DNA of 64,000 bases from a virus. A program made the position numbers and the translations under genes. The stretch is taken from the IMG/VR virus record IMGVR_UViG_3300033120_001080, positions 37,232 to 101,231 of that record; one strand, given 5' to 3'. Shown here piece after piece: positions 37,793 through 46,545 of this stretch; the first letter of the stretch is position 1, and each line of letters starts with the position of its first letter. The notes under the pieces were generated by a model that had not been told where the DNA came from, did no database searches, and saw only the letters and a list, made by a program, of their open reading frames with translations.

Positions 37793-38257
37793 ATGCTACA
37801 CCATGCCCGTGGGAATCTGTTGCAAATGGCCGAATCTGGTGACTTTGACATCATAGTGCACGGATGTAACTGTCAATGTGTCATGGGCGGGGGCATTGCT
37901 CGAGAAATTAGAAACAAATATCCCCAGGCCTACGCGGCAGATCTGGAAACGTCCACTGGGGACATTCTCAAGCTGGGTAGTTTCACCACTGCTGACGCTG
38001 GGAAGTTTCTCATTGTCAACGCCTATACTCAGTTCAACACGTCTCAGGGCGAGGATGTGTTTGAGTATGAGAGTTTTTACTTGATCTTGAAGAAGTTACA
38101 GCACGTTTATGGTAAACGTAGGTTTGGCTTGCCATACATTGGCATGGGCCTGGCCCGGGGTCGTCGGGAATGGATTATTCCCATGATCGAAAACTTCGCC
38201 GAGTCTGTGACTAGTCAAGGTGGCTCGGTGACCTTGGTGGAATTCAGCCCAGTCTAA
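37793..38257 (+). CDS. Macro domain (ADP-ribose-binding/hydrolase) protein
   Basis: GNLL..IVHGCNC..MGGGIA, NAYTQ, PYIGMGLARG. Confidence 0.88.
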   Translation: MLHHARGNLLQMAESGDFDIIVHGCNCQCVMGGGIAREIRNKYPQAYAADLETSTGDILKLGSFTTADAGKFLIVNAYTQFNTSQGEDVFEYESFYLILKKLQHVYGKRRFGLPYIGMGLARGRREWIIPMIENFAESVTSQGGSVTLVEFSPV

Positions 38258-38281
38258 CAATAACATCACGAGGAAATCAGC

Positions 38282-39310
38282 ATGGGCGGCAATGCATTGA
38301 TGGTACAGACACGCAGAATTCAAGATGCTGATGAATACCAGCACCTGGCCAAACAGGTTCTGACCAGGCTGAATCGAGCTGGCGTTATAGCTCAGCTGAT
38401 TCCCTCCTACTTTACGAAAGAGTCACACGGTGACATGGACATCATGGTCACCAAAACCGTGGCACCAGATTTGGTGAAGATTTGTCGCCAAGCCGGGTGT
38501 GATGGGTTCGACTCCAAGGACATCCAGGTCAATGGTGAGGTGGTGTCTTTTGAGTTCAGTGATTTTCAGATTGATCTCATCAACATCCCACCACATCAAT
38601 ACAATTTTTCGTTCAACTACTATTCCTGGAACGACTTGGGCAACTTCATCGGCCGAGTTGCTGCCTCGATGGGGTTTAAATTCAGCAACTCTGGTCTTTG
38701 GTACAATCTCAATGATCCAGAGGTGGAGACCAAACGAATCCAGACGGTGCTGGTCACCGATGATTATGTCAGTGCCCTGGAGTTTTTGGGATACTCGTAC
38801 GATCATTATCTTCGGGGGTTTTTCACTGCTGCCGATATATTCCAGTACGCCGCCACATCTGAATATTTCAACGCCAAAAATTTTCTCTACGACAGCCAAA
38901 ATTCTGCCGCCCGTGCACGCAGTCGAAAACGCAAGATGCAGGTGGCCATGTCCGATTGGTTGCACTCCAATTATCCGGAATTATCAGCGGACCAATCGTC
39001 CACTCCCCTGGATCGTGTGCACCATCTCAACCGTGCGTTCGACAGGTTTCCTGAATTTCGGCAGAGGTATGACCAAGCTGCGCTGGCGCACCGGCAGGCA
39101 GTTGAGTTTGGACGTAGATTCAATGGAGAAGTGATTTCTCAGTTGTTTGGGGGGATCCAGGGACAGGAATTGGGTGCCAAGATGGCTGAGTTGAGGGGCA
39201 AAATTGACTGGTATGGCCTGAGACCCTTCATTGCAGACATGCTGGACGAGCACGCAACCGGTGCTTTGTTCCGAGATGTGTTGACCACCGATTTTAAATT
39301 GACGAAATAG
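38282..39310 (+). CDS. Pol-beta-superfamily nucleotidyltransferase
   Basis: MGGNA, KESHGDMDI, FQIDLI, DLGNFIGR. Confidence 0.7.
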   Translation: MGGNALMVQTRRIQDADEYQHLAKQVLTRLNRAGVIAQLIPSYFTKESHGDMDIMVTKTVAPDLVKICRQAGCDGFDSKDIQVNGEVVSFEFSDFQIDLINIPPHQYNFSFNYYSWNDLGNFIGRVAASMGFKFSNSGLWYNLNDPEVETKRIQTVLVTDDYVSALEFLGYSYDHYLRGFFTAADIFQYAATSEYFNAKNFLYDSQNSAARARSRKRKMQVAMSDWLHSNYPELSADQSSTPLDRVHHLNRAFDRFPEFRQRYDQAALAHRQAVEFGRRFNGEVISQLFGGIQGQELGAKMAELRGKIDWYGLRPFIADMLDEHATGALFRDVLTTDFKLTK

Positions 39311-39579
39311 ACATCAAGATGAAAACCATTGAGTGGAGGTTCACTTTACGTGACCTCAAACAACTGAGATATTTACAGCTCAGTCGACCTGGTCGTAAAA
39401 TGGCCATGTTTGTCACCAACAACGGCACAATGTTTAATCGAGTTCAATGGCACCATCAGTAAAAGTCTTGACCTCGCCATAAATAATAAGTAAACTGTAC
39501 ACAACGTACCCAACCACACACTGTTGTGGTAGCACGGTGAGACCTCCGCTGTGATTAGAAAAGGCATGGGTACGTTCAC

Positions 39580-39668
39580 GGAATGTTGACAGAGTTGGCC
39601 TATTGTTCCTGCTTGGAAAGCAGTGAGTCCGCGAGGGCACAGAGGTTCGAATCCTCTACATTCCGCCA
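39580..39668 (+). tRNA. tRNA-Ser(GGA)
   Basis: GGAATGT/ACATTCC, loop TTGGAAA, variable arm, GCCA. Confidence 0.9.
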
Positions 39669-39732
39669 AATTGGCACGTTGTTGCAACGCAACATAAATA
39701 ATCATATAATTGTTTATTTTTGCGAGGACAAC

Positions 39733-39987
39733 ATGCATGATTTTCAAACAGATCAACTGATTTACGTGGTGGTTAAACCCCTGCCCAGTTACATACGTGA
39801 TCAGGATGATTCAACTGCTGTGATTGGCGTGTACCATAGTGCTGATGTGGCCGAAACTGTGAGAAAATGCAGTGGTCACGGTGCGATGACTCAAGCAATA
39901 AAAATTGGCCATGTGCCCGATGGTGTTGTGGAGCATGGTTGCGCTCATGGTATTAACTTTGACTTGCTGACTGATAATCGTATATGA
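39733..39987 (+). CDS. Hypothetical protein
   Basis: GAGG RBS; ATGA overlap with tilS. Confidence 0.65.
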   Translation: MHDFQTDQLIYVVVKPLPSYIRDQDDSTAVIGVYHSADVAETVRKCSGHGAMTQAIKIGHVPDGVVEHGCAHGINFDLLTDNRI

Positions 39988-40586
39988 TTAAACTGCTGAT
40001 GGCCGTGCCCCAAACCCTGACTGTGGCCATCAGCGGGGGTGTGGACAGTGTGGCTGCTGTGGACTTTCTTCAAAAAAACCGCGACATCACTGCTGCTTTT
40101 TTCCATCACGGCAACGAGTTTGCTGATCAGGAATTGGAGTTTGTCACTGAGTTCTGCCGCCAGCGTGGGATCAGGTTAATCACCGGCGGATTGACTCAAT
40201 CCAAGCCCCGAAATAAATCTCCTGAAGAGTTTTGGCGAGAGCAACGGTATGCGTTTTTGAGCAAAATTCCCGGTCATGTGATCACTGCACACACACTCGA
40301 TGACTGCGTGGAAACCTGGATTCATAGTTCTCTGCATGGTCAGAGTAAACTGATTCCGGCAGTGCGTGACAATGTGATTCGTCCTTTTTTGGTCACCGCC
40401 AAGTCAGATTTTATTCAACGATGCCAGAGTAGAAATATCACCTGGCTGGAAGACCCCAGCAATCAGGATCATCGTCATATGAGAAATTACATCAGGCATG
40501 TGCTGCTGCCCAATGCACTGCAGGTGAATCCTGGATTACACAAGGTCATCAGAAAAAAAATCCTAGCAGCTCAAAAAAACGCTTGA
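39984..40586 (+). CDS. tilS: tRNA(Ile)-lysidine synthetase, catalytic domain only
   Basis: SGGVDS PP-loop, REQRY, TAHTLDD..ET, IRP, EDPSN, RNYIRH. Confidence 0.9.
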   Translation: MIKLLMAVPQTLTVAISGGVDSVAAVDFLQKNRDITAAFFHHGNEFADQELEFVTEFCRQRGIRLITGGLTQSKPRNKSPEEFWREQRYAFLSKIPGHVITAHTLDDCVETWIHSSLHGQSKLIPAVRDNVIRPFLVTAKSDFIQRCQSRNITWLEDPSNQDHRHMRNYIRHVLLPNALQVNPGLHKVIRKKILAAQKNA

Positions 40587-40611
40587 CAACTAAATATATC
40601 ACTGCTAGGAT
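40583..40611 (+). promoter_or_regulatory. Sigma70-like promoter for tRNA-CAU
   Basis: TTGACA-N17-TAGGAT. Confidence 0.6.
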
Positions 40612-40635
40612 ACACCAAAGTTCAGCGGTCTTGGT

Positions 40636-40712
40636 GGGCCCGTAGCTCAATTGGTTAGAGCAACGGACTCATAATCCGTGGGTTACTGGTTCAAGTCCAG
40701 TCGGGCCCACCA
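40636..40712 (+). tRNA. tRNA with CAU anticodon, most likely Ile2
   Basis: GGGCCCG/CGGGCCC (C4-G69, C5-G68), loop CTCATAA, adjacent to tilS. Confidence 0.88.
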
Positions 40713-40720
40713 AGACCGCT

Positions 40721-40764
40721 GATAAGAAACCCCTGAAGATTGATTTCTTCAGGGGTTTCTTATC
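40721..40764. terminator. 19-bp hairpin terminator
   Basis: GATAAGAAACCCCTGAAGA-TTGATT-TCTTCAGGGGTTTCTTATC. Confidence 0.7.
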
Positions 40765-40809
40765 TGTGGAGCGCAAAACTGCACGATCTTTAGTCGTGCA
40801 GTAATTGAC
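40760..40809 (-). repeat. 50-bp palindromic element (copy B, inverted)
   Basis: Reverse complement matches 8271-8320 at 49/50. Confidence 0.85.
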
Positions 40810-40829
40810 TTTGATGGATAAATACCATC

Positions 40830-42041
40830 ATGAGACTATCACAAATATTGGAAGCCATAGCCAGCACCAGCGAGCTGGCCAACCATTTGGAATACATCCT
40901 GGGCCACGAAGATCAGTTTGTGGATACTCACATCCATCTGGTTACCAAAAGATTGAATGCTGACTCTGAGATCGCTAGATTGGCTGCCTTATCAGAAAAG
41001 ATAGAAAAACTTCGTGGTCAGCACACAGCCAAATCCACTGAACTGAATGATGCATATCTGGAAATAAAACATCGAATAGTCCAAGATTTTAAATCACAGA
41101 TACTGGAGATGGGTATTTTGATCAATCTGTCTGTGAAGTTTGCTGCTGAACTCGAGGAGGCATGGTATGTGGCTGTGCTGGCATACGTGACTGAACAGTT
41201 TGGTATGATTGTCACAAATCCAGGGTTCGAGGGAGATGGCTTTGAAAAAACCAACTGGAACCGCGCAGTGGATCTGCAAATCCGCCTGACTAGGGGCAAG
41301 AGAAATGCGTTTTATGACTACTCAGGTCGGCCATCCAGAGTGCTGTTGAACACTGGTCGCACCCCCATCCCCAACGATATGCCCAGAAGCACCATTGTTT
41401 TGGAATATCCCCTGGCCCAGGTGCGAGAAGCCATGGCCACCGTGATTTCCAATCGAATTCTGGGACTGCCGGCGCCCAGGTATAATCCACTGACTGATGT
41501 GATGAATCAAATGATGCAAGATCTCTTGCACGAAGCAGTACATCTGGAGCAGGATATTCGTCAGGCTCTGAGTAGTAAAACCAGGCTGGGCGGAGTGAAC
41601 TCAGACTATACCAAGCTACCTGACCTTAACCAACCCAGACCTGAGATTAAAAAAGATCAACGGAAATACCGAGGCGGGCGACGCGGCATGCTGGCGCGCG
41701 ATATTGCTCAGGACCCGAGAAATCCCACCAAGAGGTTAACTTATTTGGGCACTGTGTCAGAAATTGAAGCGTTTGCTGCCGATGCTGCACAATCCGTAGC
41801 CAGAGCCATCTCCAGCCATGGTACCAGCGATTTAAACGCCCGCATTGACCAAACCATCAGGGACATAGCCAAAAATCGAACTTTGATGATGGGCACCAAC
41901 CAATATGTGGACCAGATAGCCCCGTTGGCTGCTGCAGCCCGGCACCGCCCCGTCAAAAACGATCGTGATCGGCAACTTATCAAAGTTTGGAATTTGTTTT
42001 TGAAGAAGTTGGTCAAACACCTAGAATCATATAAACGCTGA
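40830..42041 (+). CDS. Putative zincin-like (HExxH) virion protein
   Basis: LLHEAVHLEQ...EIEAFA; TAAATA upstream; MRLSQILEA start. Confidence 0.65.
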   Translation: MRLSQILEAIASTSELANHLEYILGHEDQFVDTHIHLVTKRLNADSEIARLAALSEKIEKLRGQHTAKSTELNDAYLEIKHRIVQDFKSQILEMGILINLSVKFAAELEEAWYVAVLAYVTEQFGMIVTNPGFEGDGFEKTNWNRAVDLQIRLTRGKRNAFYDYSGRPSRVLLNTGRTPIPNDMPRSTIVLEYPLAQVREAMATVISNRILGLPAPRYNPLTDVMNQMMQDLLHEAVHLEQDIRQALSSKTRLGGVNSDYTKLPDLNQPRPEIKKDQRKYRGGRRGMLARDIAQDPRNPTKRLTYLGTVSEIEAFAADAAQSVARAISSHGTSDLNARIDQTIRDIAKNRTLMMGTNQYVDQIAPLAAAARHRPVKNDRDRQLIKVWNLFLKKLVKHLESYKR

Positions 42042-42251
42042 CCAGATGAGGTAAATACCAGACCATGATAATAGATCTCCAAGAATATCGGCAACGCCGA
42101 AAAACCAACCAAATCATCACCAGTTTTTTCAACATGATTGCAGCCATGATTAATTTTTATCATCGATATGTGATCAAACCCGCGGTGGCAGCCTATGTCA
42201 TGGCTCGTCGTGGCCGTGTGGTCATGGTTTAATTGACATCGAGGACACAAC

Positions 42252-43112
42252 ATGGCAGCAGGACCCAGACAGTTTCCCAAAAATCCCTATGACACGGTGT
42301 ACCATCAAGATGTCGAACCCACTGTGGTCACTGCCGGTAGCCTGATACTGGCCGAGCATTTTCCCAATGTGACGCCGGGGACGTTGATCAGAGGCATACA
42401 CACCAATTTCGACACCGTGATTAACACCTATGATTCAACTCCTGGCTCACATGTACCGGTGGTGCAGTTTGCCACGTTCCTGACTGTGGAACTCTGGGGG
42501 GCCGGCGGGCACGGGGGCAGTGGCGGATCAAGACGCAGCGGACAGGGAGGAGGCGGCGGTGCTTACGTGAAATTCACCGTGGCGGTATCGGATCTTCCCA
42601 AAGTTGTTATTGATTCGGTGATACATATCTCGGCTCCCACAGTGGGAGCGCCATCGGTGGCTGGACCTGATCTTGTTGCTGGATCTACCAGAATGTTTGG
42701 GGCAGTGGCCGGGGGCGGACACAACGGCGGATATTACCGGGAAGCCTTGCCCAGAAGATCTGGTGGGTCCTTTAGTAATTCAGAGTTGTCGGTGCCGATC
42801 GTAACCGGTAGCTGGACCGCCGAGCGCGGGGGCAACGGTGGGTTAGGCAGCACCGCCGGCGGACGTCCCGGAGACTCGGCAATATATGCTGGCGGTGGGG
42901 GTGGCGGTGGTGGTGAGCAAGGTGGGTATGGTCCGGGGCCTGCTGGGTTATCGACATATGGCGGTCGCGGGGGGCAGGGCTCGTGGCCCAACACCAACAA
43001 CGGAGAATCAGGGGTTGCCCCAGGCGGTGGGGGCGGAGGACCAGGCACCGGCACCTGGGGTAAACCTGGTGCAGCTGGCCGGGCAAGATTAACTTGGTTT
43101 AGACCGAAATGA
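42252..43112 (+). CDS. Glycine-rich tail/fibre-like protein
   Basis: VELWGAGGHGG...GGGGGAY, APGGGGGG...GAAGRARLTW. Confidence 0.75.
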   Translation: MAAGPRQFPKNPYDTVYHQDVEPTVVTAGSLILAEHFPNVTPGTLIRGIHTNFDTVINTYDSTPGSHVPVVQFATFLTVELWGAGGHGGSGGSRRSGQGGGGGAYVKFTVAVSDLPKVVIDSVIHISAPTVGAPSVAGPDLVAGSTRMFGAVAGGGHNGGYYREALPRRSGGSFSNSELSVPIVTGSWTAERGGNGGLGSTAGGRPGDSAIYAGGGGGGGGEQGGYGPGPAGLSTYGGRGGQGSWPNTNNGESGVAPGGGGGGPGTGTWGKPGAAGRARLTWFRPK

Positions 43113-43528
43113 AAAACAATAAACTAACAGAAATTGTGAAAACACTGGGGCGGAAATTCAGGTATCGCCTGGATCCCAAGTTGCCCCTGGACTATTGGTC
43201 TGTGATGAAGGAAAAAAATTCAGTGATGCAGGGAGACTGTGATGATTTTACCATCACCTGTTTCTGGCACCTCAGTGGGGAGAACTTGTGGCGATTCCTG
43301 TGGAACACGCTGGTCACACATCGATATGAAATTTATCGCGTCAAATCATCCAACGGTGCGCACATTGTGGGGTGTTTTGAAAATCAATGGTTCGACAACT
43401 GGACTTTGGACACACATCCTAAAAAACAGTTTTTTGACGTCACCGGGCATCGGTTGGAATTTAGGTACTATGCACCGGTGATTGCTGTTTACCTGTTGTT
43501 GGGACGTCTGTATAATAAGGGCCGATGA
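43109..43528 (+). CDS. Transglutaminase-like cysteine protease
   Basis: DYW...GDCDDFT...HIV...FDN. Confidence 0.6.
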   Translation: MKNNKLTEIVKTLGRKFRYRLDPKLPLDYWSVMKEKNSVMQGDCDDFTITCFWHLSGENLWRFLWNTLVTHRYEIYRVKSSNGAHIVGCFENQWFDNWTLDTHPKKQFFDVTGHRLEFRYYAPVIAVYLLLGRLYNKGR

Positions 43529-43574
43529 ACCCAGTGTTGCTGACGTTTGTCACCTGACCCACAAGGACCTGACC

Positions 43575-43733
43575 ATGAAAGCCTCCGCAAACTTTAAGAT
43601 GAGCAAGCCCACCAAACGCACACTGATGCGTTTCGATAACCAGAATACTCGCGCCATGTACAAAAAATTGATGATTCAAGCTGAGATGGTGGCAGCCATC
43701 AAGCCCAAAACTGCACGGGAGCAGGATCAATGA
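43575..43733 (+). CDS. Small basic protein
   Basis: AAGGA RBS; MKASANFKMSKPTKR. Confidence 0.6.
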   Translation: MKASANFKMSKPTKRTLMRFDNQNTRAMYKKLMIQAEMVAAIKPKTAREQDQ

Positions 43734-43861
43734 CCGCTGATCAATCCAGACAGCGGTCAGACGAATCCCAAGAACGATGGGATGCTATACTGAGACGAGA
43801 TCTTCCTGATCCGCCCGAGGATTCTCAGAACTCAGAACCACAAAATTCCGAAGTTGAATAG

Positions 43862-43889
43862 AAAAAAGCCGCGAATTTCGCGGCTTTTT
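43862..43889. terminator. Bidirectional terminator between convergent genes
   Basis: AAAAAGCCGCGAA-T-TTCGCGGCTTTTT. Confidence 0.8.
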
Positions 43890-43895
43890 GTTAAA

Positions 43896-44306
43896 TCACT
43901 GGTCATGATTTAAAATAACCACATTGGGTATATGCGGTATGATGAAATAGTGTCCAAACCATTCAACACCCTGGTGTATGTACCAAGCACGGAACTTACT
44001 CATGCCATCGGCCAGACAGATTCTATACAACTCATCATTGGCTGCATGCAACCACCTGGCGTCCAGAACTTCTTCGCGCATCAGCTGATACAGCGCATCA
44101 TGCACCAATGATGCTCGCATGACAGTTTTGGTGTCGAACACCGGGCCGCTGGCTCCGTCCCAGGCGTACCCTTTGCTGATGTGCAGCACCCCTGACGGGG
44201 ATAAACTGACCCATTGGTCAATGATCGCTGGCTTCAACGGAAGCATTCTGGTTTGATAAGTAAAGTCGGTGTCTAGGATATACTTGTATCCAGATTTGTA
44301 TTTCAT
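43896..44306 (-). CDS. DUF1353-like protein
   Basis: GYAWDGAS...ASLVHDALYQ; TAAATA upstream on the - strand. Confidence 0.8.
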   Translation of the reverse strand: MKYKSGYKYILDTDFTYQTRMLPLKPAIIDQWVSLSPSGVLHISKGYAWDGASGPVFDTKTVMRASLVHDALYQLMREEVLDARWLHAANDELYRICLADGMSKFRAWYIHQGVEWFGHYFIIPHIPNVVILNHDQ

Positions 44307-44343
44307 TTTTTACCCCTGAGTTGATTATTTACCGAGGAATATC

Positions 44344-44535
44344 ATGAGAGCCAGAAAACCCAAAATCAATCCTGTACGACTGATTAATGATCGAACCAAC
44401 GAACATTGGATATGTGACGACCCTACTTTGATCAAGACCATCGATGGTGAAGACTTCATACAGGTGCACAAGGATCATCAAAATCGCACTTTTTGGATGC
44501 GTGCTTCTACGCTAGTCAAAGAAAAAACACGATAA
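44344..44535 (+). CDS. Hypothetical protein
   Basis: GAGG RBS. Confidence 0.65.
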   Translation: MRARKPKINPVRLINDRTNEHWICDDPTLIKTIDGEDFIQVHKDHQNRTFWMRASTLVKEKTR

Positions 44536-44603
44536 CATTTTGACAGCATCAAAATGCATGCTATACTGCACACTGACACTGCAGCACAAACACAAACACA
44601 CTT

Positions 44604-45356
44604 ATGGGGATAACTGTGAATCAAACGTCGAAAAAAGAGTCGATCCAGAAGAAAGCCACTATCGGGCTGATCATTGCAGCGGGTTTGGTGGTGAGTCCTG
44701 TGATTTTCCTGGCCATCAAAGGCCTCATAGGTCTGATGATTGCGGCCATCATTGGCCTATCGGTGGTGACGTTTTCACCATGGGTGGCCATGAAGTTCGC
44801 CAACTGGCGAGTCCGCAGCATCGCTGCCGAAGCTGCAGAAAACCCCATCGAAACCATGACCAACCTGCTGATCGAAAAGCGGCAGGCCTGGAAAGAGTTC
44901 GAGCAGGTGGTGATCAAAGCTGTCACCGCCAAGAAAAGTTTCGAGCAGAAGTGCAGAGAATTCTCTGCCAGGTATCCTGACCGCGCCGCTGAATTCACCA
45001 ATCAGTTGCAGGCCATGAATGAAGTTGTGGAACAGAAGAAACGCGCTCTGCAGGAGGCCAAACTGGCCATCGAGAAAGGTGAGCATACCCTGCAAGAAAT
45101 GCGTGCATACTGGGAAATGAGCCAGGCAGCCCAGGCAGCGCACAGTGCAGCTGGCATGGACACCGGGGATCTCTACGCCCGGCTTAAAGCCGACACTGCA
45201 GTGGATTCAGTGTTTGCTTCCATGAACACGGCCTTCGCCCAACTGGAAGTGGCAGCATCCGTGGCTGATTTACCCAATGCCACGGTGCAACAACTGAACG
45301 AACCTAACCTCACCATCGATGTCAATACCACAACCACCCAACGCGTAAAGGTGTAA
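44604..45356 (+). CDS. Membrane-anchored coiled-coil (PspA-like) protein
   Basis: Two N-terminal hydrophobic helices, ENPIET, long heptad region. Confidence 0.7.
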   Translation: MGITVNQTSKKESIQKKATIGLIIAAGLVVSPVIFLAIKGLIGLMIAAIIGLSVVTFSPWVAMKFANWRVRSIAAEAAENPIETMTNLLIEKRQAWKEFEQVVIKAVTAKKSFEQKCREFSARYPDRAAEFTNQLQAMNEVVEQKKRALQEAKLAIEKGEHTLQEMRAYWEMSQAAQAAHSAAGMDTGDLYARLKADTAVDSVFASMNTAFAQLEVAASVADLPNATVQQLNEPNLTIDVNTTTTQRVKV

Positions 45357-45357
45357 C

Positions 45358-45516
45358 ATGAGAATTTTTGGAGTTATTTTGGTTCTAGCTGTGCTGGGTG
45401 TACTGGCGCTGATCAGCGGTGGCATGGAACCCGACGGCACCGCTCCCAACTCACAGAAAGTTTATGTCCCGCAAACCAGCAGCGACAATGCTGCCCTGAA
45501 ACTGAAAATCAACTGA
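45358..45516 (+). CDS. Small membrane/secreted protein
   Basis: 52 aa, MRIFGVILVLAVLGVLALIS. Confidence 0.6.
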   Translation: MRIFGVILVLAVLGVLALISGGMEPDGTAPNSQKVYVPQTSSDNAALKLKIN

Positions 45517-45526
45517 GGATCTACCC

Positions 45527-46456
45527 ATGAAATTCAAGCTCATCGCAACCGCCGCCCTGGCAGCTACTCTGGCAACCCCGGCCCTGGCACAAACTGTGTT
45601 GGTGGCCACTGGTGCGGAGAACGGTACCTACAGCACCATGTTCAGGCAATTTGCCTCAGTATGCGGCAACGGGATCTTGAAAGAGAAGAACACCACTGGA
45701 TCGGTGCAGAACCTCGACGATGTGGCCAACAACGTGGTCAACGCGGCGGTGGTGCAGACTGATTCTCTGTTCTTCCGAGCGCAGAACAGCACCCTCAATG
45801 TCAAGACTCTGGTGGGCTGGCACAACGAGACGGTGCATGTGATTGCACCGGTGGTCAGCCCGATCAAGGTCGGCGGCTTTGCTGGATTCAACGCCAAGAA
45901 GCTGGAGATCAACTCAGTCAATGACCTCGAGGGACAGGCAGTGGCTGCCTGGGGCGGTAGCATGGACACTGCCCAGATCATTCGGCTGCAGGGTGAAATC
46001 AACTTCACTGTGCTGCAGGTCAACAACTTCACCGAAGCCAAGGCTGCATTGGACTCGGGACAAGTGGCAGCCATTGTCATGGTGGGTGGCCAGCCCATGA
46101 AGGATGTGGCAGCTCTGCCTCGACAGTACAAGTTCCTGACGTTCAGTGAGCAGTTGGTGGGCAAGCTGCGCAACGTGTATTCGCCGGATCGCCTCAACTA
46201 CAGCAATCTTGGACAGGGCGGCACTGGGGTTCCCTCGGTGTCCACCAAGGCACTGCTGGTGACTCGACCCTACAAGTCTCCGCAGGCGGTGGCTGCGCTG
46301 CAGGCGATTCGGGAATGCTTTGTCCAGAACCTGGACATGATTTCCGAAACCACCGGCAATCACCGTGCCTGGCAGACTGTGTCGGCGGACGACCTGGGCA
46401 AGTGGCCAGTGTATGAGTTCAACGCGGCGCAGACTCCGGTGGCCAAGAAAAAGTAA
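45527..46456 (+). CDS. TAXI-family TRAP-type solute-binding protein
   Basis: Signal peptide, VATG..NGTY, TTGSVQNL, AVVQTD, ETVHVIA. Confidence 0.82.
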   Translation: MKFKLIATAALAATLATPALAQTVLVATGAENGTYSTMFRQFASVCGNGILKEKNTTGSVQNLDDVANNVVNAAVVQTDSLFFRAQNSTLNVKTLVGWHNETVHVIAPVVSPIKVGGFAGFNAKKLEINSVNDLEGQAVAAWGGSMDTAQIIRLQGEINFTVLQVNNFTEAKAALDSGQVAAIVMVGGQPMKDVAALPRQYKFLTFSEQLVGKLRNVYSPDRLNYSNLGQGGTGVPSVSTKALLVTRPYKSPQAVAALQAIRECFVQNLDMISETTGNHRAWQTVSADDLGKWPVYEFNAAQTPVAKKK

Positions 46457-46476
46457 TCGGCGTCTGATTTAACCGC

Positions 46477-46517
46477 AGCAGGGGGCACTTGACTAGTCAA
46501 GTGCCCCCTGCTATTAT
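46477..46517 (+). promoter_or_regulatory. Promoter embedded in a 36-bp perfect palindrome
   Basis: AGCAGGGGGCACTTGACT|AGTCAAGTGCCCCCTGCT; TTGACT-N17-TATTAT. Confidence 0.65.
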
Positions 46518-46545
46518 GTTCACACAAACTACAAAGACCGTAACT

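Noticed and set aside
42734..43092. Proline-rich minus-strand and alternate-frame ORFs
   Set aside because: Mirror of the glycine-rich gene
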